A DNA stretch of 64,000 bases from a virus. The notes beneath the pieces are model-generated. The model saw only the letters and a program-made list of their open reading frames with translations. It did no database searches and was not told the DNA's origin. Shown piece after piece: positions 19,028 through 28,994 of the stretch. The stretch's first letter is position 1. Each line of letters starts with the position of its first letter. The DNA lies in IMG/VR virus record IMGVR_UViG_3300029825_000003, positions 1 to 64,000 of that record; one strand, given 5' to 3'. The position numbers and the translations under genes were made by a program.

Positions 19028-20551
19028 TTAAATTCTCATTCCACCTGCTGAAAATGCACCCATAAATGATGTTTCATAAGCCTGCTGTTGGAAAGGTTGA
19101 TTAATTACAATTGCTGTAGCCGTACTTGTCACGTCTACCATATCATCGTGAGCCGCATTAGGAAAGCCTAATAACTCCGCTTCATAATCATTCAGCCAGG
19201 GAGCCCCCGCAAGGAAATAGACAACTCCTGCGGCTATCCGGGTAGCTGCCGGAATAAAACGAGTTACCTTATCTGTATCGGCATCGACCTTTTGAACGGG
19301 AAGCCCTTCTCTTATCAGAGTTTGATATAAAGAAATACCTAACCCTGTCTTTTCTACAGCTTGAAAAACAGGATGCCATCTGAGGTATTGCTGTTTGAAA
19401 AGGGGGACCTGATCGGGAGTTTCTAATCGAGTTCGTATCAAGTCGATGAGTGCGAGTTCATTTTGTGGAGTTTGCGCCCAGGTTGCCAGGACAAAATAGT
19501 CTGCGCTCGTTTTCGTTGAGGCGGCGGGGTCACATGTCTGGAAGATCCTGCATTGTGGGAGTAAATACTGTTTATCCCCGAGATCGAGGATATTGTTTTG
19601 GAGTGTGCAGTATTTGAATTGTTCTTTTTTTACGAGGTTACCTGCTGCTGCTGAAGGTCTTTGCTGATAGAGAGATAACCATGAATAAACAGGAAGTGTA
19701 TTTTTTATTTTGTAAAGAACTTCTTCAGGGAATTTTTTTACCCATAACGACTGATTTGGAGCAGTCCTTTGATCATATTCAGGTATCACTTCTTCAGAGA
19801 GGGCAGGGAGTGTTATTATCTTACATTTATCAGTTCCTAATTCATTCTCTGAAATATCGATTACCTTTCCAATAAGATCTTCTTCGTGCCAACGAGTAGC
19901 TGTTATTAGTACGGGAGCGTTATCTTCCCGCCGAGTCAAGAACACATCTGTATACCATTCAAAATTTTTTTCTCTGATCGTAGCACTTTCAGCTTCTTCG
20001 CGGTTCTTGAAGGGGTCGTCTATTATTCCTATCCCATCGAAACCCATACCAGTTATCCCTCCTCCAATTCCACAACTCCTATAAACCCCTTTGTGATTCA
20101 CGATTTCAAAAATATCAGAGTTTCTTAAGTATGATCCTTGTGCAGTTGTACGGACATTAGAAGAGTTTAATCGGGTTTCTGGGAAAATAAGAGAATAAAT
20201 GGGGTCATCCACCACACGTTGTACATCTCTATTCATTCGGCTGGAAAGGTCTGCACTATAAGAACATGCTATAATACTAGAATCAGGGTCTTTCCCTAAT
20301 TTATAAGCCGGGAGTCTCCGTGAAACTATTTCAGACTTCCCAAATCGAGGAGGAGTTGAAACGATTAGTAATTCGTATTCACGATTGAGAAGATTGTCTA
20401 TTTCATCACAAATTAATTTATGATGCCAGTTTACGAGATAATCCGGTTTGGTAAACTTTGTAAATTCAATTAAAGATTCTGTCGCCTTTTTTCGCCTAAG
20501 CAACTCTTGAAGAATTTCACGCTTTGAAAATTGTTCTTCAATTTGTAGCAT
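19028..20551 (-). CDS. terL: Terminase large subunit
   Basis: Walker A PPRFGKS, Walker B IIDDP, TRWHEEDL, C-terminal nuclease DPA...DY...E..G...FP..AHDDMVD. Confidence 0.96.
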   Translation of the reverse strand: MLQIEEQFSKREILQELLRRKKATESLIEFTKFTKPDYLVNWHHKLICDEIDNLLNREYELLIVSTPPRFGKSEIVSRRLPAYKLGKDPDSSIIACSYSADLSSRMNRDVQRVVDDPIYSLIFPETRLNSSNVRTTAQGSYLRNSDIFEIVNHKGVYRSCGIGGGITGMGFDGIGIIDDPFKNREEAESATIREKNFEWYTDVFLTRREDNAPVLITATRWHEEDLIGKVIDISENELGTDKCKIITLPALSEEVIPEYDQRTAPNQSLWVKKFPEEVLYKIKNTLPVYSWLSLYQQRPSAAAGNLVKKEQFKYCTLQNNILDLGDKQYLLPQCRIFQTCDPAASTKTSADYFVLATWAQTPQNELALIDLIRTRLETPDQVPLFKQQYLRWHPVFQAVEKTGLGISLYQTLIREGLPVQKVDADTDKVTRFIPAATRIAAGVVYFLAGAPWLNDYEAELLGFPNAAHDDMVDVTSTATAIVINQPFQQQAYETSFMGAFSAGGMRI

Positions 20552-21005
20552 TTATCATCCTCAAAAGTTGTTCTGTTGAAACTTCTTCCAACTTGACAGC
20601 GTTAATATTATTGATCGTAACCCCTTTATCCCCGGTCAATTTCCCCAGCCTCTTATCAAGACTGTCAAGCGCATTATTCGCCTCTTTGAATGCTAATACC
20701 CTAGTATGCTCATTCTCTGCGCTCTGAGCGAGTCCTAGTAACCCTCGAATTACCGTCTTTCTATCTTCAATTGTGGAAATCTCAGCTTCCACAACTTTAG
20801 CTTTAAGCTGGACTTTGTTCTCAATAATTTCAGCCGTGTATTTTTCATCTGATTTCAAAAAAGAGAATACTGAATCTTTGCTTATTTTGTGTCCGGTCTC
20901 TGTCGTTAAAGTGTCGGCAATGTCTCTTAATGATACCCCTTTTTCATTAAGTTCTCTTACCCTCGGTTCAAGGTTATATTTATTGATTTTGTTAACGGCT
21001 GACAT
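20538..21005 (-). CDS. Probable terminase small subunit (HTH + coiled coil)
   Basis: Overlaps TerL start; N-terminal HTH (GVSLRDIADTL); C-terminal INN...STEQLL. Confidence 0.7.
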   Translation of the reverse strand: MSAVNKINKYNLEPRVRELNEKGVSLRDIADTLTTETGHKISKDSVFSFLKSDEKYTAEIIENKVQLKAKVVEAEISTIEDRKTVIRGLLGLAQSAENEHTRVLAFKEANNALDSLDKRLGKLTGDKGVTINNINAVKLEEVSTEQLLRMINATN

Positions 21006-21080
21006 TGTTTAGTCCTGTCTGGGATTGTCGAGTTTTGTCGAGATATATTTTTAGTGTTTAGAAATATAAATGAAAATTCA

Positions 21081-21323
21081 TTACTTCTCAACTTTCACAT
21101 AAATATAAGCTCTCTCACCGACTGCAATACTATCCATACACTCCGGATCTGTCCGCGTTAATTCACAAGTTGAACAGTGTTTTTCTTCATCGCAGGTGAA
21201 TCTATGATTGCATCCCACAATTTCATAGTGTGTTGATTTTTTCATTGAATTGCCCTCATTAATATCCCGGGTAAATCCCACCCCATCAAATAAGCAACTA
21301 CTCCGAAAACAGACAACGCCCAT
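21081..21323 (-). CDS. Cys-rich small protein (likely start MKKSTH)
   Basis: CNH...C...HCSTC...CMD. Confidence 0.45.
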   Translation of the reverse strand: MGVVCFRSSCLFDGVGFTRDINEGNSMKKSTHYEIVGCNHRFTCDEEKHCSTCELTRTDPECMDSIAVGERAYIYVKVEK

Positions 21324-21487
21324 AAAAAAGAAAAATACCCAAGCTGCATATTATCACCGCGTTTCCAATTTCGATACATGAAAGGAGGATATCCGATACA
21401 GTACAGAACATTCGCGTAAAATGCTTGATTAAATGTGCAGGCGAATTGAGCGAGAATGTTAGGGAGTGGGATTAAGAGCTCTAACAT
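21242..21487 (-). CDS. Small membrane protein
   Basis: C-terminal TM; AGGT RBS. Confidence 0.45.
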   Translation of the reverse strand: MLELLIPLPNILAQFACTFNQAFYANVLYCIGYPPFMYRNWKRGDNMQLGYFSFLWALSVFGVVAYLMGWDLPGILMRAIQ

Positions 21488-21965
21488 TGATTACCTCAAA
21501 TAAATACACCATGGATCGTCAGAGCCATTTCCTTGAACTTTATACCTGCTTCCTTCGTATAAGATACTAGGTTTCCCGAAAAATGGTCTTATACATCTTA
21601 AGATAATCTTGTTACATTTGCCATCTTTGCCAAAAACTTTTATTTTTACTTGTGTTCCCAGTGGTATAGGTTATTCCTCCTCATCGTCTACGTTCTCATC
21701 ATGCTCAATGTCCCCTCTCATCCCACCCTGCCGAATAGGTTGACCTCTCCAATATGGATCTTGACAGGGAGAGGTATGTTTGATTGCAGAGCCGAAATTA
21801 TAGGAGTTTGGGCTTGGATATTGGTCTTTATAGAGTGTCATTGTTGAGCCTCTGGATTTATCGGACCTGCTGCGTTACCTACATAGACAAAAGTTGGGAT
21901 ATACAAGTCATATTTTTGTTTGTGCGTTTTTTCTTTTAGGGGGAAAGTTGTCTGCATGTGGCCTC

Positions 21966-22175
21966 TTACAACTTTTTAACCTCATTTGTGAGTTCTTTTA
22001 TCACATTTGTTTTCATCTGCTCAGAAGCTAGTTTGAAGCAGTCAAGAATAGTGTAGTCTTTACCCCCTTCTGCACCTGCTGTAATTAACTGGTCTTCTAT
22101 CAAAGTTGCCTCTATGAGTAGTTGTTCTTCGTCATTGCTGTACCCATCGTATTTGTGAATTAGTCTATTTATCAT
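21966..22175 (-). CDS. Hypothetical phage-type protein
   Basis: IED.L...GAE.GKDYTILD.FKLA pattern. Confidence 0.6.
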   Translation of the reverse strand: MINRLIHKYDGYSNDEEQLLIEATLIEDQLITAGAEGGKDYTILDCFKLASEQMKTNVIKELTNEVKKL

Positions 22176-22197
22176 AGTAAAACCTCAAAAAAAAGAA

Positions 22198-22380
22198 TTA
22201 AATATTGAAATTTTGATTGGCTTCAAGTTCTAACTTTTTAGCAAGATACTCTTCATATGCAATTACTTGACCCCATTCAGGACATTTTCTTTTTGAAGAT
22301 TCACTACCATGACACATAATATTGTATTTTGTACATTTTGTAGAGTTATAATCAGGTTCAAAAACACATCCATTTCTCAT
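22198..22380 (-). CDS. Cys-rich microprotein
   Basis: C...KCTKY..MCHG...KCPEW; GGAGG RBS. Confidence 0.55.
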   Translation of the reverse strand: MRNGCVFEPDYNSTKCTKYNIMCHGSESSKRKCPEWGQVIAYEEYLAKKLELEANQNFNI

Positions 22381-22562
22381 GATTTATTGCCTCCAGTTAT
22401 CGATTTGTAATTAATACTAGTATATACTATTAAAAATTCAGTTTAACTTAATAAAGAAAAAAATTAAGTACAAAAACAGTATCTATCTAATCTAAAAAGA
22501 ATTAATAATAGTACTACATAGTAATATTATTAATTCGAAAGCGATATAGAAAGATGAGTTTT

Positions 22563-24635
22563 TCAGATTACCTTATAATATCCCTCCTGGGAACACAGTA
22601 TATCTCCTCTCTCTTTCATTTTCCGAAGTAATTCTTCAGGTTCCTTAATCCCTTCGTTAAGACATTTCTCTATGATTTCCTCCCTTCTTACAGATTTATC
22701 TCTAGTTGTATCTTTATCAGAAATTGATTTTATTATATTGACTATCTTTCGAATCTTCCTAGATTGACTCATAGAAGTCCCACAGGCAAGTACATTCGCG
22801 TCAAGTTCACCGGTTTCCGGGTCTATTCCAACATTTTTAAGATTATTATAAAATATTTCAACTGCTGCCTTCGCGTCTTCTTCTTCAATCATATCAGATA
22901 ATCTTAATCTGGCGTGCGCAGTTGCAAGCCTGTAAGCAGCTTCCAGTGTACGAGCTGTTATAGGGATTGTATCAGTTCTCCCACCTGCAGCCCCTCTTGT
23001 ACCTACAAAAAAGTCTATTATCATTTCCTCGGCTTCATCGGTAAGCACCGGGAAAACATGAGTTCGAATATAAGCAATACATTTTCTTAAAAGTTCAAGG
23101 TCTATTTCTGGTTCAATAATTTCCTTTTTGCCACGTAAGGCCCCTAAAATATGTTTAGCGAGCTTCCTATCAGTATCAGGGTTCGGAGTGTCCCGTAAGA
23201 TAAAAAGTAGGTCCATCCTCGAAATAAAAGCGTCTCCATGTGTGATCTGTTCAGCAATTGGTGTATATTTGTCATACCGCCCATACTTAGGATTTGCAGC
23301 CCCTAAAAAGGCAGTCCGGGTAAAAAGGTCAGCTTTCACAACTTTGTTAATATGTACTATCTGTTGCTCTAATGCTTCATGGATTGAACCTAATTGCCCC
23401 TGCTTCATTTTATCAAGCTCATCGGCACAACATATACCACCATCCGCTAGTGTTAAGGCGCCCGGCTGAATCCACCATTTGCCGTCCATCTCGTCTTTAA
23501 CAGCTCCACCTGTTAAACCGGCCTCCGAAGTGGACCTCCCTGAGAATTCTACGGCACGAGGGGAATATTTAGCTACAAACGCGAGTAATTGACTCTTTGC
23601 TACCCCCGGATCACCTACTAACATCATATGGATATCTCCTCTTTTCCTGGTCCCATCTGGAAGGTCTATAGCCATCCCACCCACCATCTGAAGAGCAAGA
23701 CCAAGTTTAACGTCTTCAAGTCCAAAAATAGAAGGAGCTATAGATCGGAGGATTTTAGCTTTCAGTACTCCTTCCGATGCCCACTGTTGAAATAAATCAG
23801 CTTCTTCTTTTGAAATCTCAATATTTTCATAATCAGAATCAGATTTCTCGATAGAATTAGCAATGAATGTAAAGTCCTGATATTTGCTTTTCTGAGTACC
23901 TATAAGTTTAAGTCGGCCTTTCAAGATCCCAGTTATTATTACTTTATCTCCTGGAGTAGTAGCCCCGGCAATATCATAAGAACACGATACATTAAGAAAT
24001 TCAGGGAGTTTCCCTCTTAGATTCTCAATAGGCTCCTGAATCTTAACATATTGATGATCATATTTAACGGACTCATCTTCTTTAATTTTAAAGTGTTTTT
24101 TATTCCCACATGTAGTGTTTTCACACTCATACGGTTCAATTAAAGAGTCAACGTCATCCAACTGCATTATCTTGTTTACATGCCCACAAATCATACAAAC
24201 ATGTGCAGACTGTTTAAATGCTGGTCTTACTTCAGATGCCTTTGAAATAACGCACCTGATCGCTAAAAACTTTTCAAGGTGAATATCTCTCAATTTAGAT
24301 ATACTAACTTCTGAAGTCTGAGGGAGTCCAGTAACTCTAACTATAACATCAGGGAGATTCTTATCTAGTAAGTCAATCTCGGATATTGCTTCAGTTGCAG
24401 CCTCAAACCATTCAGAAGGAGCATTTAAAAGACGATCTGCAATTTCCTTATTATACAATGCAATATGCCTAAATTCAACATACAAACTTTTTTTATCAGG
24501 ATAAATCTCACTTAAATATAATAGATCATCCCAATATTGTTTTGGTGCTAAATCTTTATGATTTTTCCCTTTATTTACGTATAACCCCCTACTAAAAAAT
24601 ATTTTAAGTTTCTCCTTCAGCATATCGTAATCCAT
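22563..24635 (-). CDS. mcm: MCM replicative helicase (no intein)
   Basis: Zn finger CMICG/CENTTC; Walker A GDPGVAKS; Walker B CADELDKM; AANP; Arg finger SRMD; C-terminal winged helix. Confidence 0.97.
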   Translation of the reverse strand: MDYDMLKEKLKIFFSRGLYVNKGKNHKDLAPKQYWDDLLYLSEIYPDKKSLYVEFRHIALYNKEIADRLLNAPSEWFEAATEAISEIDLLDKNLPDVIVRVTGLPQTSEVSISKLRDIHLEKFLAIRCVISKASEVRPAFKQSAHVCMICGHVNKIMQLDDVDSLIEPYECENTTCGNKKHFKIKEDESVKYDHQYVKIQEPIENLRGKLPEFLNVSCSYDIAGATTPGDKVIITGILKGRLKLIGTQKSKYQDFTFIANSIEKSDSDYENIEISKEEADLFQQWASEGVLKAKILRSIAPSIFGLEDVKLGLALQMVGGMAIDLPDGTRKRGDIHMMLVGDPGVAKSQLLAFVAKYSPRAVEFSGRSTSEAGLTGGAVKDEMDGKWWIQPGALTLADGGICCADELDKMKQGQLGSIHEALEQQIVHINKVVKADLFTRTAFLGAANPKYGRYDKYTPIAEQITHGDAFISRMDLLFILRDTPNPDTDRKLAKHILGALRGKKEIIEPEIDLELLRKCIAYIRTHVFPVLTDEAEEMIIDFFVGTRGAAGGRTDTIPITARTLEAAYRLATAHARLRLSDMIEEEDAKAAVEIFYNNLKNVGIDPETGELDANVLACGTSMSQSRKIRKIVNIIKSISDKDTTRDKSVRREEIIEKCLNEGIKEPEELLRKMKERGDILCSQEGYYKVI

Positions 24636-24639
24636 ACAC

Positions 24640-25149
24640 TCACCTGCTGTAAAAAACTCTCACTGCTTCCTCAGAGGGCCTGAATTTTGAATCCTTCAGG
24701 AAAACTTCTATCTTTGCAGCATCAACCCCGGAAAGATCAGAAAGTTTAGTGTATTGTAAAAAACCCATATCTTTTTTGAAAGCCTTGCACATTGTAAGTG
24801 TTTCTTTCACGACTACGTTTATTTGAGCTTCAGCTTTCTTTACATCGTTAACTTCAATAACGGCCTTAGCTTCGAGCTGTTCTATTCTTCTCAAAATGAC
24901 GGCTTCTTTTGCCAAATCTGACTGAATTCTCGCTCGAATCTCTTCTAACTGCCATTTAAGTTTAGGAAGATCTGAGTGATAATAGGCAATTTTGTTTAAG
25001 AAAGCCTCTCTAGCAATATCTTGTCTTGATTCTGGAAGATCCCCCGCGGCTATCCATAACTCAGGGTCCATGTACAATATATGCTGAGTCTCCCGCCCTG
25101 TATTTTTCTTGGGTCTTCCTCTACGTTTAGGTTGATTTTCATCTTGCAT
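24640..25149 (-). CDS. DNA-binding protein (AT-hook-like RRGRPKK + RHH-like + coiled coil)
   Basis: Motifs in translation; directly upstream of mcm. Confidence 0.6.
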   Translation of the reverse strand: MQDENQPKRRGRPKKNTGRETQHILYMDPELWIAAGDLPESRQDIAREAFLNKIAYYHSDLPKLKWQLEEIRARIQSDLAKEAVILRRIEQLEAKAVIEVNDVKKAEAQINVVVKETLTMCKAFKKDMGFLQYTKLSDLSGVDAAKIEVFLKDSKFRPSEEAVRVFYSR

Positions 25150-25539
25150 TCATCGCACCCCCACAAAACACCGTCTCCCTCTCTTTTCAATAACGATCTC
25201 ATCCGGCATCCCCTTCAAAATATACCACATTTTCCCATGTGAACAACCAAACGCCCTGGCCACATCCACAACACTCTTACCGGCGTGCCCCCTCACATAC
25301 TCAACAATCTTCTCCTTAAACTGTCGGCTCTCTCCGCGTGGGATATGCAATGAAACCCCATGCGTCTTCCTGCTGCCATATTGTTTCTCACGGAGACAAT
25401 GTGATACGAGAATATGCTTTCCACAGACCGGGCAATCAAGAGAATCTAACGACATCTCAATTTCGATGTAATGTTTGGAAGTCCCTTGATATGGGCATAA
25501 TTTTCGGGCAATCATACGGTCACCCGGAGAGCCCCACAC
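25150..25539 (-). CDS. Zinc ribbon + winged-HTH protein
   Basis: CPVCG; KSVVDVARAFGCSHGKMWYIL. Confidence 0.65.
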   Translation of the reverse strand: MWGSPGDRMIARKLCPYQGTSKHYIEIEMSLDSLDCPVCGKHILVSHCLREKQYGSRKTHGVSLHIPRGESRQFKEKIVEYVRGHAGKSVVDVARAFGCSHGKMWYILKGMPDEIVIEKRGRRCFVGVR

Positions 25540-26285
25540 ACGGCTTGATATTCGACTTCTAAACGGGCCTTCTTCTTGAGAAGCTCAGAAACGTCATTAT
25601 AAGGTTCTACATCAAGTTTTAAAATTGAAGAATAGTTCTGCCTTATCCACTGCCTAATTAAGCTCTTGTAAAGCTCTATGGCGTTTTTCCTCGTACCCGC
25701 AAAAAGCACAGGAACTCCTCTCGTATAAAGAGAAGCTATCTTACCTCTGCGAGCCTCCACATTGGCCCCTATATGATTGATATTGCGTTCTTTCCCAGTA
25801 AAAGCCGGAGAATACAGAAGGAAATCGTTAAGTGTGCATTCCGCGATAACAACCATCTGAGAGAAGCGCGGGTCCTCTCGGAAGCGGTCAATTTCCCGGT
25901 AAAACCTCGCACAGTTTTCCGCACCCATTAGAGTAGAATAGAGATCTTCGCAACCCTTTCCTTTTCCACCCTTCCGTTCCGCGAGAATACCAACCCACCC
26001 GGCAAAACCAGGGCCTCGATAATAAGCTTGATAATCGCCTACCTGCTGAATTCCTGATTTTTCTTTTAAGAGCATTGGCCTAACTGGATAGCCTAAATCT
26101 TCTTGTTTCCAAGGTAATTGCTCATTGGATGCTGCAAAAATGGTTATGTTTACGAGTTTCGCCCAGGAACCCACTCTTGTATTTAATTTTGATTGAATAG
26201 TTTCATTATCGGGGTATTCCTTAAGTGCTTCATGAAGTTCCCTTATTTCATCAATATATGACTGAATTGTTTTTTTAGGAGGCAT
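25512..26285 (-). CDS. ERCC4/XPF-family nuclease
   Basis: VGDY...AERK...DLYSTL...RFYREIDRF...F.QMVVIAE. Confidence 0.85.
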   Translation of the reverse strand: MPPKKTIQSYIDEIRELHEALKEYPDNETIQSKLNTRVGSWAKLVNITIFAASNEQLPWKQEDLGYPVRPMLLKEKSGIQQVGDYQAYYRGPGFAGWVGILAERKGGKGKGCEDLYSTLMGAENCARFYREIDRFREDPRFSQMVVIAECTLNDFLLYSPAFTGKERNINHIGANVEARRGKIASLYTRGVPVLFAGTRKNAIELYKSLIRQWIRQNYSSILKLDVEPYNDVSELLKKKARLEVEYQAVCGALRVTV

Positions 26286-26491
26286 TAATAAGCCCCCACT
26301 CGTCTACCTTTGCACCTAACCTCAGCTATGAACTCCCATGCCCCTTCAATTTCATCTCTCAACTGTTTACATGTGGCACCTTCTCGGCTCCTATTGATAA
26401 TCCTCTCAGCACGTTCAGTGCGGTCAATTGGGTGAACATGCCTACGTTTGAATTCGTCCCACCGTGCACGTTCTTCAGGAGTGAGTTTCAT
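26285..26491 (-). CDS. Hypothetical protein
   Basis: ORF coupled to ERCC4 gene. Confidence 0.6.
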   Translation of the reverse strand: MKLTPEERARWDEFKRRHVHPIDRTERAERIINRSREGATCKQLRDEIEGAWEFIAEVRCKGRRVGAY

Positions 26492-26801
26492 GATCTGCCT
26501 CCATCACATTTTTGATACGTTCAATTGCCTCAGGATACCAAAAACGCAGGAGAGCAACACTAACAACCATCAAACCACCTTCTCAAAATAGATAATCTGT
26601 TCGTCTGGATGTTCATACCGATGTGCAAAAATACACCCAGAGCATTTCCCTTCAATGTGACAGATTGCAGTCCCTCTTATCCGGGGATCACAGGCAAGGA
26701 TAGAACGGCTATATTGATTGTCCGTAGCCATTATATTCCTCTCCACAGTGTCAATAAAAAAAGAAAGAGTAGTCCGATGATTAGAAGATAAGTTCCTCTC
26801 A

Positions 26802-27086
26802 TCAAGCCACCTTCTGAAACTCCATACACTCCCCGATATTATCATTCTCTGAATTACAATCAGCCTTCTTCGCACACGAATTACAAATGCTTTCAATAAC
26901 AAACAATTTGTTAAACTGTTGAAGAAGACATTTCAAAAGAATCTGCTCTTTCTGTGTGATCTCCTGAGCGCGAATGTCAAGGGGAAGCTCAAAAAGAGGG
27001 TTTTCCGGAAATAATGCATTTTCACGTACATCAATGGACTTCAGAAGGAGGTTCTGAAATTTCTTTACAGAGGTTACAGGGATCAT
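26802..27086 (-). CDS. Hypothetical Cys-containing protein
   Basis: CNSCAKKADC...C. Confidence 0.5.
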   Translation of the reverse strand: MIPVTSVKKFQNLLLKSIDVRENALFPENPLFELPLDIRAQEITQKEQILLKCLLQQFNKLFVIESICNSCAKKADCNSENDNIGECMEFQKVA

Positions 27087-27308
27087 TAATAAGCCCCCAT
27101 CATAGAAAAATTAAAATGGAAAGGGAGATTAATTTCTTCCAGAGTGATATCCCCGAGTACTTTTCTTCGATTGGCCTCGAATTTTTGACTGTGGGATTCA
27201 CTCATTTCTTCATCTCCGGCAGGTCTCTTTTGACATATAAAAAATAATTAGCAGCAAATAGATACAACACTGCTAGAATCACGGCTGTAGCACATGTTTG
27301 ATCAGGGG

Positions 27309-27569
27309 TCACGCTTGAACCACCTCCGCATAATCTTTCTTAATGTCAAAGCTGATATGTGCCTTTGGGATAGCCACTCTAAAACCCTGTTCACTCTCTC
27401 CCAAAAGTACAACTTCACTTCCTTCCGGAATCACATTGTTATCAGCCGTCCACTGTTTAAATCTCATAAAATATCCTATCATTTCAGAGGGATACACGAT
27501 AGGAAGCTTCATCCCGGGTAGTTCTGTGGTTTTCTTGCGTGTATTTAATTCCCCGGCTTTGTCTTGCAT
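27309..27569 (-). CDS. Hypothetical protein
   Basis: ORF coupled by TAATG overlap. Confidence 0.55.
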   Translation of the reverse strand: MQDKAGELNTRKKTTELPGMKLPIVYPSEMIGYFMRFKQWTADNNVIPEGSEVVLLGESEQGFRVAIPKAHISFDIKKDYAEVVQA

Positions 27570-27922
27570 TACAAATCACCTATCGTAATCGAAACACTTG
27601 CAGGAATCACAGTAGTCTTCCTAAACTGTTCAACAACAGGATGAACAGCAGCGTACCCCATCAGAGCTTTATCATCCCATGAATGCCTTTCATATTCTTT
27701 CTTAAAAGTAGCCTTTCCAGAATTACACTTAAAGGATTTTCCACTTGCCAGAACTTCCGATTTTATCTTTTCCTGAGTCTCAGTTATAATCTTCTCATAA
27801 GGCTCGGCAATGGCTTCAATTTCCTTCTCAAGAACCATAACTTTATCATGAAGTTCTCTGATTGCCTCGTTCCTCGATGCAATAGTTGCATATAATGTCT
27901 GAAAATCTGATTCTATACTCAT
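27569..27922 (-). CDS. Coiled-coil protein, Gam/Gp157-like candidate
   Basis: Long N-terminal coil then G.ATFKK....SWD..AL...F.K.T...SVSI; adjacent to replication genes. Confidence 0.5.
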   Translation of the reverse strand: MSIESDFQTLYATIASRNEAIRELHDKVMVLEKEIEAIAEPYEKIITETQEKIKSEVLASGKSFKCNSGKATFKKEYERHSWDDKALMGYAAVHPVVEQFRKTTVIPASVSITIGDL

Positions 27923-28209
27923 TCTTATTTCCTCCTACACACAGGGCACAATCTTTCCAGATCCCCTTCAACCGCCACGAAAGACTTCTGGCAGTAATTA
28001 CAAGTTCTCTGAACTATACTTTCATCAGCAGCCATCAGAGCATCAACCATAGCCACTTGCCCGAATCCGGTCATTTCAGAGCCTCCATAGCTTCTTGTGC
28101 AGTCATAAGGTCGGGGGTAACTTCAAGAGTAATCCCAGGAACAGGTTTTTCAGCGATGATCTTCAACGATCTCGCAATGGATTCGAGAGCTATAATTAGA
28201 CGCTCATTC

Positions 28210-28491
28210 TCAGACATTCAAACCCCTCGAAATTGGATACTGCATCCATTCATAATCTGTATAGTAAAAATTAGCAATGTCAGTACGCTTCCCAAGATGG
28301 AAAACTACTCCTATAAAAACAGGATCTGGTGTTTTCTTTCGAAGCAAATTAAGATTAACAGTTTGTTCGCCTGTTTTTATCTTCTCAATCTCGATAACTT
28401 CAGAGATTCTTGAGATTATCTCTGGTACATCTTCCATGGAGTACCCTTTTTTTGTGCTCCATAGTTCAAAATCAATTATTCTTTCATTCAA
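28210..28491 (-). CDS. Hypothetical protein
   Basis: ORF immediately downstream of tRNA-Gln. Confidence 0.6.
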   Translation of the reverse strand: MNERIIDFELWSTKKGYSMEDVPEIISRISEVIEIEKIKTGEQTVNLNLLRKKTPDPVFIGVVFHLGKRTDIANFYYTDYEWMQYPISRGLNV

Positions 28492-28529
28492 TTTTTATCA
28501 CCATCTTATTTTAAAAAAACCGTTTTTCA

Positions 28530-28602
28530 AACTCCTATCAGGATTCGAACCTGAGACCAAGAGTCCAAAGCTCTTGATGATTGCCCGCTACACCATAGGA
28601 GT
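28530..28602 (-). tRNA. tRNA-Gln(UUG), archaeal type (A1:U72), no encoded CCA
   Basis: Acceptor ACTCCTA/TAGGAGT; anticodon arm AAGAG-CTTTGGA-CTCTT; T arm TCAGG-TTCGAAT-CCTGA; D region TGGTGTAGCGGGCAATCAT. Confidence 0.92.
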
Positions 28603-28755
28603 ATACTGGCCCCGGCACCGCCAGGGCAAACGTACGCTGAGAACTGATCCGGTTGCCTTACACCTCTGCAAGGCTCGTTTTTCTGGTAGAAACAAAGATC
28701 CGTTTTTACGACTCATCCTACGTGTTTTTTTGTTATGTGTCCGGGTTGTCCCGGA

Positions 28756-28826
28756 TGCCGTAAGAAGGATTCGAACCTTCATCACACGACTTTGCAGAAG
28801 TGGTCTGCCAGTTGATATATTACGGC
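28756..28826 (-). tRNA. Degenerate tRNA-Cys(GCA)-like (pseudo-tRNA)
   Basis: Perfect acceptor GCCGTAA/TTACGGC and T arm GAAGG-TTCGAAT-CCTTC; loop CTGCAAA; anticodon and D stems poorly paired; A discriminator instead of the U73 typical of tRNA-Cys. Confidence 0.65.
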
Positions 28827-28881
28827 AATTTGTAGATAGGCGCGGTATGCAAGACGCCTACCCAGGTGTTTGAGGTATAAT

Positions 28882-28958
28882 CGCCGTACCGGGGAATTTC
28901 ACCCCGCAGACCTCTATGCACAAAGGACGATTTTTTTGTCTGTCTCAGAGATTACGGC
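28882..28958 (-). ncRNA. tRNA-like element (acceptor stem + T arm only)
   Basis: GCCGTA.../TACGGC acceptor and CGGGG-TGAAATT-CCCCG T-like arm; interior not a cloverleaf. Confidence 0.5.
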
Positions 28959-28965
28959 ACGCGGT

Positions 28966-28994
28966 ACACCCCTGTAGGAGGTTAACAGGGGTGT
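28966..28994. other. Perfect 10-bp hairpin ACACCCCTGT-N9-ACAGGGGTGT within the RNA cluster
   Basis: Read directly. Confidence 0.8.

Noticed and set aside
22563-24635. Intein in MCM (also checked TerL)
   Set aside because: Lengths are normal and motifs contiguous; no intein splice motifs
28605-28755. Hammerhead or other self-cleaving ribozyme
   Set aside because: Hairpins are present, but the CUGANGA...GAAA core was not found on either strand; kept only as part of the RNA-cluster finding
27886-28873. Plus-strand ORFs 27886..28413 and 28277..28873 and minus-strand 28588..28785
   Set aside because: They overlap real minus-strand genes and the tRNA/structured RNA cluster; GC-rich open-frame artefacts
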